Positions 1-7,536 are shown, numbered from the stretch's first letter. The stretch: DNA of 11,175 bases from Promethearchaeota archaeon (GCA_016839765.1 JAEOTP010000018.1:1-11175), one strand, 5' to 3'. Numbers and translations are program-made. The notes: generated by a model from the letters alone, not told the origin.

Positions 1-1205
1 GGAGATGCATTAATTCCATTCGCTAAAACATGTATAACAGCATGTTCATCGATACTCTTAAATAATAATTTTGAAATTTTATTAGGATCAAGGCTCATTA
101 TTGCCTCTTCCTTTGATATTAAACCTTCTTTAACCATATCAACAGCTATTTTAACTGCTGCTGAAGGTGTACGCTTACCGCTCCTTGTTTGAAGGATATA
201 TAGGATTCCATTTTCAATAGTAAATTCAATATCTTGCATGTCCCTATAATGCTTTTCTAGTTTATCCATGGTATTTAGTAATTGTTTATAGATTTTTGGG
301 AACTCTTTTTTCATTTCGTCAAGCATTTTCGGTGTGCGTATACCAGCAACTACATCTTCTCCTTGCGCATTTGATAAGTATTCACCAAATTTTATATTTT
401 CACCAGTAGATGGATCCCGTGTAAAAGCTACTCCAGTAGCAGAATCCCATCCCTTATTTCCAAAAACCATCGTTTGAATATTTACTGCGGTCCCATAATC
501 AGGAATATCATTAATTTTTCTATAAGTCATTGCTCTCTTATTATTCCATGACTTAAACACAGCTTCAATCGCGAGAAATAATTGTTTATAAGGATCTTGT
601 GGAAATAGAGAACCAATTTCATTTTTATATAAAGCTTCATAATCAGCAATTATTTTTTGTAAATCTGATACTGATAAATCTGTGTCTTGTGCATTTCTAG
701 AAATTTCACGCTTATATTTATTAAGAATCCTTTCAAATTTCTCATCTCCAATTCCCATTACCACATCTCCAAACATCTGAATAAACCGTCTCCATGAATC
801 GTAAGCAAATCGAGGATTATCTGTCTGTTCTGCCATACCTTTAACTGATACGTCATTTAAGCCAAGATTTAAAACTGTATCCATCATTCCAGGCATAGAT
901 TGGGGTGCTCCAGAACGAACAGAAACCAGCAAGGGATTTCGCTCGTCACCAAACTTTTTACCAGTCTTTTTCTCTAATTCTTTGAGATGCTTAATTACTA
1001 TAGGTTCAATTTCAGCCATTATTTGCTCTGGGTGTTGAAAATATTCCAAACATGCTTCAGTAGTTATCGTGAATCCTGATGGAATATTTAGACCTAAATT
1101 TGTCATTTCCCCAAGATTGGCTCCTTTTCCGCCTAAAAGATTCTTTAATTCTTTTTTTCCCTCTGTAAAATCATATATAAATTTGTTTGTTTCAGTGCTT
1201 GTCAT
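1..1205 (-). CDS. ppdK: Pyruvate, phosphate dikinase, N-terminal ~400 aa (runs off the left edge)
   Basis: Manual translation from ATG at 1205: MTSTETNKFIYDFTEGKKELKNLLGGKGANLGEMTNLGLNIPSGFTITTEAC...PLLVSVRSGAPQSMPGMMDTVLNLGLN...QTMVFGNKG..SATGVAFTRDPSTGE...NAQGEDVVAGIRTP...LEKHYRDMQDIEFTIE...LQTRSGKRT. These are hallmark PPDK nucleotide-binding domain motifs. Confidence 0.97.
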   Translation of the reverse strand, partial: MTSTETNKFIYDFTEGKKELKNLLGGKGANLGEMTNLGLNIPSGFTITTEACLEYFQHPEQIMAEIEPIVIKHLKELEKKTGKKFGDERNPLLVSVRSGAPQSMPGMMDTVLNLGLNDVSVKGMAEQTDNPRFAYDSWRRFIQMFGDVVMGIGDEKFERILNKYKREISRNAQDTDLSVSDLQKIIADYEALYKNEIGSLFPQDPYKQLFLAIEAVFKSWNNKRAMTYRKINDIPDYGTAVNIQTMVFGNKGWDSATGVAFTRDPSTGENIKFGEYLSNAQGEDVVAGIRTPKMLDEMKKEFPKIYKQLLNTMDKLEKHYRDMQDIEFTIENGILYILQTRSGKRTPSAAVKIAVDMVKEGLISKEEAIMSLDPNKISKLLFKSIDEHAVIHVLANGINAS

Positions 1206-1276
1206 TTTATTTTACCAAATCTCTATTAATATAAAATTCATGAAATCAAATAGAAAATTTTATTGTTTTAAATAAA

Positions 1277-1305
1277 TAAGAATTTAAAATTCTTAAGTTT
1301 ATAAA
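1277..1305 (-). promoter_or_regulatory. Candidate ppdK promoter: TATA box TTTATAAA (1298-1305) with an adjacent perfect palindrome TAAGAATTT-A-AAATTCTTA (1277-1295)
   Basis: The minus strand reads CAGAAAGTATA-TTTATAAA (purine-rich BRE-like stretch then TATA). The 9-bp-arm inverted repeat lies immediately downstream, near the expected start site. The region is very AT-rich, so other TATA candidates exist. Confidence 0.4.
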
Positions 1306-1360
1306 TATACTTTCTGAAATAAAATTTTGCTTTATTGAATATATATATAGCTACATGTAA

Positions 1361-2170
1361 TTATAGCTGTTTTAACAATTCATATATTTCCCAAATTCCA
1401 TCAATAATAAAATCAGGTTTAGAATCTTTACTTTTATTTATCATTTCCATGGTAATTTCTCCAGATAATACACAGCAAGTAGTAACTCCTGCCTCAATTC
1501 CCATTTTAATATCGGTATATAATCTATCTCCAAACATAATTGCATCTTTAGGAGAGATTTCTAATTCATGAAGCTTAAATAAGAGCATCTGTTTATTTGG
1601 TTTTCCAAAGACTTCAGGCATTCTTCCCGTGGCTTTATATAGTAAAGCTGCAATTCCACCAGCATCAGGAATATAACCTTCCTCTGTAGGACATCTATCA
1701 TCTAAATGAGTTGCAATATAAGGAATTTGATTTTGAAGTAGATATGAAGCATTTACTAAACGTTCATAAGTTAATTCTTGATCAAAAGCAAGCACAATTA
1801 TTTCTGGATTTTCTTCTGTCAAAATAAAACCTTCTTTCAAAAATTCCTTCTTAAGCGATTGTGTGCCTAATAAGAAAATCCGCTCATAATCATTTTTTTT
1901 AAGAAAATCTATGGTTGGGTGTTGAGATAATATAATATTATCCCGGGTTATGTTTAGGTTTAAATTAAGTAACTTCCGAATATAATCAGAAGTTGATTTA
2001 CTAGAATTATTTGAAAGAAAGTAGAAGTGTTTATTTTTACGTTCTAATATATCAATTAATTGAATCACTCCATCAAAAAGTGTATCGCCTAAATAAATAG
2101 TTCCATCCAAATCAAAAAAAAATACCTTCTTTTTAAGGATTTCAGATAAATCTTGTTTTTGATCATTCAT
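1361..2170 (-). CDS. HAD-superfamily subfamily IIA hydrolase (NagD-like sugar/nucleotide phosphatase)
   Basis: Motif I FFFDLDGTIY, motif II LSNNS, motif III GKP, motif IV GDRLYTDI; 269 aa. Confidence 0.93.
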   Translation of the reverse strand: MNDQKQDLSEILKKKVFFFDLDGTIYLGDTLFDGVIQLIDILERKNKHFYFLSNNSSKSTSDYIRKLLNLNLNITRDNIILSQHPTIDFLKKNDYERIFLLGTQSLKKEFLKEGFILTEENPEIIVLAFDQELTYERLVNASYLLQNQIPYIATHLDDRCPTEEGYIPDAGGIAALLYKATGRMPEVFGKPNKQMLLFKLHELEISPKDAIMFGDRLYTDIKMGIEAGVTTCCVLSGEITMEMINKSKDSKPDFIIDGIWEIYELLKQL

Positions 2171-2305
2171 AGGCGGTTTATTGATGTTTTAAGCAGATTT
2201 AATTAAATACTATTTTAATTAGTAGAAAAAATAATAATTCAAAATTAAATAAAAAAATGATTTAAAAATAAAAAATTTAATGAGAAAATCATAAAAATCA
2301 TAAGT

Positions 2306-2995
2306 TCAAGCAATTATTTTAGATGTTTCATCTTTTTTTTCATTTTGTATGAGCCATGCTTTATATTTAAAAGTAAATTTACCTTTTATTATGGCCTTAT
2401 ATCCTGTTTCTTCCTCAAATAAAACTTGCTTTATTTCTGAATCCATCTCCTTATATGTATAATAATTTATTCTTTTTTGTATTAAGAAATAAGTTATGAA
2501 TAATCCAACGAAGATCCCAGGGATAATTATCCTTTGAACGATTTCTGGAGTATAAATAATAGTTATTAATCCAAAGATTAATACAAAAGGGATAATGCAA
2601 TAACAACAATAAAAACAGTATGAAATTCCAGAAGAACTAGTTCTTGGTTTAAGTTGTATATCTAAATTTTTATTTGCGGCATCCCTGATTAACCACCCTT
2701 TATAGGCTTTTGTTAATTTATTTTTCTTTAATGGCTCTAAACCCATCTTGTCTAAAAAGTGCTCACGGTTTAATTTTGTATCTAGCGTAATGCATGTTCT
2801 TTTAATTCTTCGCAAAACTAATAAAAATAAAAATACTAAAACCAAACCTAAAAATGATACATAAATATACCACTCAAGAGGAGGAATAATATCTAATAAA
2901 AATAACCCTAAGATAATAATTAAGAGTAGAAAACTATTTGATATGATTTTCTCAGCTTTACCTCTTAAATATAAAGAAAAAAATTCTTTTAACAT
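2306..2995 (-). CDS. Hypothetical 4-TM membrane protein made of two internal repeats
   Basis: Four hydrophobic segments (about aa 22-39, 42-61, 126-148, 156-172). The soluble motifs at aa 80-103 and 193-216 align with each other without gaps. Confidence 0.75.
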   Translation of the reverse strand: MLKEFFSLYLRGKAEKIISNSFLLLIIILGLFLLDIIPPLEWYIYVSFLGLVLVFLFLLVLRRIKRTCITLDTKLNREHFLDKMGLEPLKKNKLTKAYKGWLIRDAANKNLDIQLKPRTSSSGISYCFYCCYCIIPFVLIFGLITIIYTPEIVQRIIIPGIFVGLFITYFLIQKRINYYTYKEMDSEIKQVLFEEETGYKAIIKGKFTFKYKAWLIQNEKKDETSKIIA

Positions 2996-3062
2996 TTTTA
3001 TGAGTTTAGAATTTTACTATTCTAATAAGTTAATCCATATTCAGAGTAAAAAATAATATAAG

Positions 3063-3070
3063 AAAAAAAA
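3063..3070 (-). terminator. Oligo-T (T8 on minus strand) archaeal-type terminator candidate after the 491-aa gene
   Basis: A8 run on the plus strand, 8 nt past the stop codon. Archaeal intrinsic termination uses U-tracts. Confidence 0.4.
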
Positions 3071-3078
3071 TGAAATTA

Positions 3079-4554
3079 TTATAGTTTTTTAATAGTCGAT
3101 TGATTACTTTTTAGCTTTGGTGTGCCACACCATGGACAAAAATTTGAAGTTTCAGAAAGTTTGCTACCGCAAAAAGAACATGTTTTAGCTTCAGCTGGAG
3201 TAGTAATTTCAGAAGACCCAATACTTCTTCCTTCTATTTTACCTCCACATTTGGGACAAAAATTCGCATCGTGTTTAATATCAAAACTACAACGAGGACA
3301 TTTTCTCGCCTCAATCTTAACTTCTTCTTTAATAGCTTTAGTAGTTTTAGTAGGTTCTGCTTTTTGTTCCTTTTTCGCTTTCAAACTCATTTTCTTTTGT
3401 CCTTTTCTCGCTGCAAAAGCTATAATGATTACAATGACTATAACAACCAGAATAAATATTAGTATCCATTGGATATCCAACCATCTATCAACATAAGTAA
3501 GCCCAGTATCATAAGTAACATCGAAAGTTATGGTAGTATTTAATTCAGGTGAATTTAGTGGATCATGATAAACAAAAAAATACCATGTGCCATCATAAGG
3601 TACTATAAAGCTATCAGATATATCAATCTCTGCTTCCTGAAACGCATACGCATCACTTAAGTTGTATACACCAATAGCAGTAAAATTTACAATGAAATTA
3701 ACTGTAGGGATAAACCCTCCATCATTATACCATGTAATGTAATAAACATTCGGTGTTGATATAGATAAGGTTCCAATAGACCCATTTGTGTTGTCAATTT
3801 GCCTGTAGAAGCTAGGACTCCCCCAATTAAGCCAAATATCCATTTGATTAGCATCAGCTATGAAAAAGTCGATTGGGTTGGTGGCATTAAAATTATAGTC
3901 AATCGAAGATCCTGTATTTAAATATACCTCATAATACTGATATTCATTATATTGAAGGTAGAAAAGATCAATATAGCCTCCCATTCTAGTAGTTGTAGGA
4001 AGGTTCTCAAGCCTTTGATCCCAAATGAGAAAACTAACATAACCCGGACTTGATTGGATTGAAAAAGTTATCTCATTTCCTTCTTCAATATATTCTTCTT
4101 CAAACCAATATTCGTTAAACCCAAGAAGCTGACTGTCACGATAATTTACGATTCCAGATGAGTCCGCATTAGTGAAAGGGAACCATAGACCGACTTGAAG
4201 TAGAGGAAGCATAATTAGTCCAAATATAATGGCAAAGAAGATTCCTCCACCAATATACATGGGACTGTAATACCACGGTCTATACCAGTGTCCAGCCCAC
4301 CATGGAGAATACCACCATCTATAATACCAAGGATGATATCCCCATCGATAATACCTATAATGAGGCCGATAGTAATTATGTCTATAAGGGCCTCGTGGAG
4401 ACCTTGAAACTATTCGATTAGCACCAGTTCGACCAAAGGGCATTCCCCCGGGCCTTATTCCTCTCCCTCTAAAACTAGCAGGAGCTCCTCGAAAGCCTCC
4501 GCCTCTGAATCCTCCTCCTCGAAAGCCTCCCCTAAATCCCCCACCACGTGGCAT
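3079..4554 (-). CDS. Two-TM membrane protein: RGG/FRGG-rich N-tail, Tyr/Trp/Arg-rich segment, outer beta-rich (APD1-4/DUF4793- or GOLD-like) domain, C-terminal double zinc ribbon
   Basis: MPRGGGFRGGFRGGGFRGGGFRG at the start. TM1 about aa 101-125, TM2 about aa 361-382. Four CxxC motifs (CPRC, CPKC, CSFC, CPWC). Five N-x-S/T sequons between the TMs. SD GAGGTG at 4566-4571. Confidence 0.85.
   Translation of the reverse strand: MPRGGGFRGGFRGGGFRGGGFRGAPASFRGRGIRPGGMPFGRTGANRIVSRSPRGPYRHNYYRPHYRYYRWGYHPWYYRWWYSPWWAGHWYRPWYYSPMYIGGGIFFAIIFGLIMLPLLQVGLWFPFTNADSSGIVNYRDSQLLGFNEYWFEEEYIEEGNEITFSIQSSPGYVSFLIWDQRLENLPTTTRMGGYIDLFYLQYNEYQYYEVYLNTGSSIDYNFNATNPIDFFIADANQMDIWLNWGSPSFYRQIDNTNGSIGTLSISTPNVYYITWYNDGGFIPTVNFIVNFTAIGVYNLSDAYAFQEAEIDISDSFIVPYDGTWYFFVYHDPLNSPELNTTITFDVTYDTGLTYVDRWLDIQWILIFILVVIVIVIIIAFAARKGQKKMSLKAKKEQKAEPTKTTKAIKEEVKIEARKCPRCSFDIKHDANFCPKCGGKIEGRSIGSSEITTPAEAKTCSFCGSKLSETSNFCPWCGTPKLKSNQSTIKKL
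4485..4530. repeat. 16-nt direct repeat CTCCTCGAAAGCCTCC (4485-4500 and 4515-4530) within the FRGG-encoding tract
   Basis: Exact copy with a 30-nt (10-codon) period; encodes GGFRG units on the minus strand. Confidence 0.8.
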
Positions 4555-4556
4555 TC

Positions 4557-5564
4557 TTAATCAGGCACCTCTCTATTTTCTGTAGATCCTTTCTGTCGGA
4601 AAAAATAGTCATGATTTATTGCAGCAAGAACCAAGAGCATTGAAATAATAGACATTGTCAATCCAAGGCTATCTAATGAAACTATTGTTGTAAGGTTTGA
4701 AATTGCAAACGCAATCCCAAATAGTATCCATTCAATAACCATAAAGATTATGAACAATATTGGAAAGATGTTTCGCAATAAAAATTCAGTAGTAGTGTAT
4801 TTATTCCCGATATAACTTGAGTAAATTAGAGAAAAGAGACTAATTATGCCAAAAATCATTATTAAAACACTAAATATAATAATTGCTAACCATACAGCCC
4901 CACTTCTCGAAAAAAGGTCTAGAAATGTAACAAAATAATCTGCTCCTCTTGCTTCAAACAGATGAAAAGTTACTTTTCCATCAAACATAAAAACAATACC
5001 AAATAAACTAATTAAATCTGTTTGATTCGCAGTAAAAAAGCCGTAGATCCCTCCAAAAGGTAAGAAAACACCTAAAACGATTGCTAATATTGAACAAACA
5101 GCAGTAAACAAAAATTGAACATATCGAGTATTAGCAACTGGAAATAATCCAACCTTATCACCCTCTTTATCAGGGATAAAACTCCAACAATCTTGAATTG
5201 AGCATACACCAATTAATTTGTTATTTTCTACGACCGGTACAACATTCACTTGTAAATCACGCATCCTTGTAAAAGCTTCTGTTACAGGAGTATCTAATGA
5301 GACAGGAGATATTTTATACATCGCCGAGGTAACGTTAGTACTTTTTGGGTCTAATCCTTCTGCAATAGTATTTTGGACAATATCGAAATCTCCTATTACA
5401 CCAATTACCTGCTCTGTTCCTTCTTCAACAACAACTAAATCTGGAATGCCTAATTGTTTCATCTTTTTCGCAGCATCTTCAACTGTGGCTTTAGTGGTAA
5501 TTATGTCATATTGATCATCTATTACTAAATCCTTTACAAAATATTCCTTAGTGTATAAGTCCAT
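4557..5564 (-). CDS. CBS-pair (Bateman) domain fused to a 4-TM C-terminal membrane domain
   Basis: aa ~10-128 match two CBS repeats (ATVEDAAKKMKQLGIPDLVVVE..VIGVIGDFDIV; TPVTEAFTRMRDLQVNVVPVVENNKLIGVCSIQD). Four hydrophobic helices follow. The stop codon is 2 nt from the next ATG. Confidence 0.85.
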   Translation of the reverse strand: MDLYTKEYFVKDLVIDDQYDIITTKATVEDAAKKMKQLGIPDLVVVEEGTEQVIGVIGDFDIVQNTIAEGLDPKSTNVTSAMYKISPVSLDTPVTEAFTRMRDLQVNVVPVVENNKLIGVCSIQDCWSFIPDKEGDKVGLFPVANTRYVQFLFTAVCSILAIVLGVFLPFGGIYGFFTANQTDLISLFGIVFMFDGKVTFHLFEARGADYFVTFLDLFSRSGAVWLAIIIFSVLIMIFGIISLFSLIYSSYIGNKYTTTEFLLRNIFPILFIIFMVIEWILFGIAFAISNLTTIVSLDSLGLTMSIISMLLVLAAINHDYFFRQKGSTENREVPD

Positions 5565-5727
5565 TCTTTATCACAAATTTTTTGGATAAATTAGTTATTA
5601 ATTACAAAAAAAGAAAGAACTATTAAATGTTACTATAGTCCAATTATTACTTTTCGTTTATTTAATTAAAAATCAAAATAGTTTTTGTTTGTCTAATTGA
5701 TATTTCTAAAAATAAATTTAAGTAGAT

Positions 5728-5735
5728 AAAAAAAA
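5728..5735 (-). terminator. Oligo-T terminator candidate after the SCP2 gene
   Basis: The minus strand reads CTCTTTCTCTTTTTTTT shortly after the stop codon. Confidence 0.4.
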
Positions 5736-5750
5736 GAGAAAGAGTATTTA

Positions 5751-6209
5751 TTAAAATAACTCTGTACCCTCGACCATAGTGGATGCTACGACTAATTCTT
5801 GCGCTGCTTTGGTAGCGCGCATTACTTTCGCCATGTTTCCTACTAATTTAAACTTACCTGCCATTAACCCTTGGATAGGATCGAGTTCTTTCTTTAACAC
5901 TTTTACCCAATTATCATAAGGACCTGAAAAAACAAATTCGGCACCTACTTTTTCACCTTCTTTTAACGGTCTAGGGGGTGAATTAGGAGATAACACTTCA
6001 TATTCCTCGTCGGGGGCTAAAACTTTAACTCCAGTGCAATCGCCTTTATATAATCCAATGAAAATTTTAATTTCATGATCTAAGTTTCCACTGGGTTCAA
6101 TAACAAAAATAAAATCTCCTTCCCACCACGATGCTGCTGTTTTATAATTAGGGTTACTATTTATTGCTTTCATATAAGCTTCATTCCATTCTTCTGAGAA
6201 AACTATCAT
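5751..6209 (-). CDS. SCP2 sterol/lipid-carrier domain protein
   Basis: FSEEW..AY...IN....Y..AA..W at the N-terminus and W..V....LDPIQGLMAGKFKLVGNM at the C-terminus are typical of SCP2. ATG at 6209 is preferred over the track's GTG at 6218, which sits within an SD-like AGTGA. Confidence 0.9.
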   Translation of the reverse strand: MIVFSEEWNEAYMKAINSNPNYKTAASWWEGDFIFVIEPSGNLDHEIKIFIGLYKGDCTGVKVLAPDEEYEVLSPNSPPRPLKEGEKVGAEFVFSGPYDNWVKVLKKELDPIQGLMAGKFKLVGNMAKVMRATKAAQELVVASTMVEGTELF

Positions 6210-6381
6210 ATTTTTCACTATTTATTTAATTTTTGAATATCTTCTGTTAGTATTATTTTTTATTAATACTTTTTTTTATTAATTATTTTTTTAAATTTAA
6301 TTCAAATTAAATAGTTCTAGAGGAATATTCACACTTATTTGTCAATATTTTTAAGAAAAATAAATTGTTAAAAAAGTTTTA

Positions 6382-7536
6382 TTAAACACCAATCCCGATT
6401 GTATTTCCAATACCAGCCACAATTATTTTTGACCCTTTTTCTGTACGTTTTCGTATTCCCATTTTAATCTTTTCTACAATGTTTGGTACACTTTGAGTAA
6501 TACTCCTACTTATCGTGGTGATAGCATCTTCTAAAGACTCTCTACATATCAATGCATCAATTGGAATTTCTTTTTTTGTCGAAGATTCTTCGATATAATA
6601 TTTCTCTACACCAATTCCACCAATAGCTGCTCCAACGCCTATAGCAATGGAACCACGCTTATCACCCGAAAGTTTCAAACCAGCATCAATCATTATTATT
6701 CTAGCTATATCATCTCCATGTTCTTCAATTAACTTCTTAATCGCAGTGCCTGGTTTTCCAACAGTTCCACCCGGACCCTTTGCACGAACAACATAAACAA
6801 TTCTATCTTCAAAGTTCACTTCTTGGACTATAGTATCTTTTGCAATTTCACGCGCTTTAATATCCCCATTATCAGAAACATTCCTTACAAAATTTCCAAC
6901 AACCAAGGGACCAAGGGAGTCTCCAATAGGACTACCTTCTGAAAACGCTTTAGTAGCGTGATAATATGATTTTGCCATTGAAGTAATTAAGCTCATTTGC
7001 ATCGAGATTTGCATTAGTAAAATATAGGATTTTGATTTCTTACCTAAAATTAAGTAATGCTTAACAAGCCTATATATAAAATCCACAGCCATTACTGCTT
7101 CAAGTAAGTTTTCCAAATTCTGAGCATCCGCAGAACCCTTTATTATATTTGGAGCCATTAGCGCTACTTCTTCTTTGAATCTATCATCTCTAACATCAAT
7201 AACATGATCTAACTTTGGAATAATTCCAAAAGGATCAAGTGAAACAGGAGTAATTGCAATAAAAGTTAAAAAATCTTCGAGTTTAATCATTAGATCTTTA
7301 TCAGTCTCTTTCTTATCAGCATACTTTTTAAAATTTGACAATAAAATTTGTTTACATTCATCATCCCATTCTTTAAGTTTAGTTAATCCAGTTTCAATTT
7401 CTTTCTGTGATCTCCATGCTTGAAGTTTAGTTCCATAGAACATCGAAATGAATATTAATACGAACCATAAAACTTGGATTATTAAACTAAGTGGATCTAC
7501 TTGAGTTTGACTAAATTGCATTAAATTTGAGAGCAT
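6382..7536 (-). CDS. DUF1512 family protein (N-terminal TM; C-terminal YyaC/GPR-like domain)
   Basis: Motifs PVSLDPFGIIPKL, PIGDSLGPLV, KGPGGTVGKPG, IIMIDAGLKL, GVGAAIGGIGVEKY and the C-terminal GIGNTIGIG are recognisable as archaeal DUF1512. Confidence 0.88.
   Translation of the reverse strand: MLSNLMQFSQTQVDPLSLIIQVLWFVLIFISMFYGTKLQAWRSQKEIETGLTKLKEWDDECKQILLSNFKKYADKKETDKDLMIKLEDFLTFIAITPVSLDPFGIIPKLDHVIDVRDDRFKEEVALMAPNIIKGSADAQNLENLLEAVMAVDFIYRLVKHYLILGKKSKSYILLMQISMQMSLITSMAKSYYHATKAFSEGSPIGDSLGPLVVGNFVRNVSDNGDIKAREIAKDTIVQEVNFEDRIVYVVRAKGPGGTVGKPGTAIKKLIEEHGDDIARIIMIDAGLKLSGDKRGSIAIGVGAAIGGIGVEKYYIEESSTKKEIPIDALICRESLEDAITTISRSITQSVPNIVEKIKMGIRKRTEKGSKIIVAGIGNTIGIGV

Noticed and set aside
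1069-1275. 68-aa plus-strand ORF
   Set aside because: Antisense shadow of the ppdK 5' end; no recognisable motifs.
1335-1571. 78-aa plus-strand ORF
   Set aside because: Antisense to the well-supported HAD gene.
2171-2305. Short AAATCATAA repeats and A-tracts in the spacer
   Set aside because: Low-complexity AT-rich DNA with no regular repeat-spacer period, so not CRISPR.
3122-3496. 124-aa and 63-aa (3271-3462) plus-strand ORFs
   Set aside because: Antisense shadows of the zinc-ribbon/TM2 region of the 491-aa gene.
4480-4550. G-quadruplex potential in the mRNA of the RGG tract
   Set aside because: The GG runs are fully explained by Gly/Arg codons; no independent support.
5218-5514. 98-aa plus-strand ORF
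   Set aside because: Antisense to the CBS domains.
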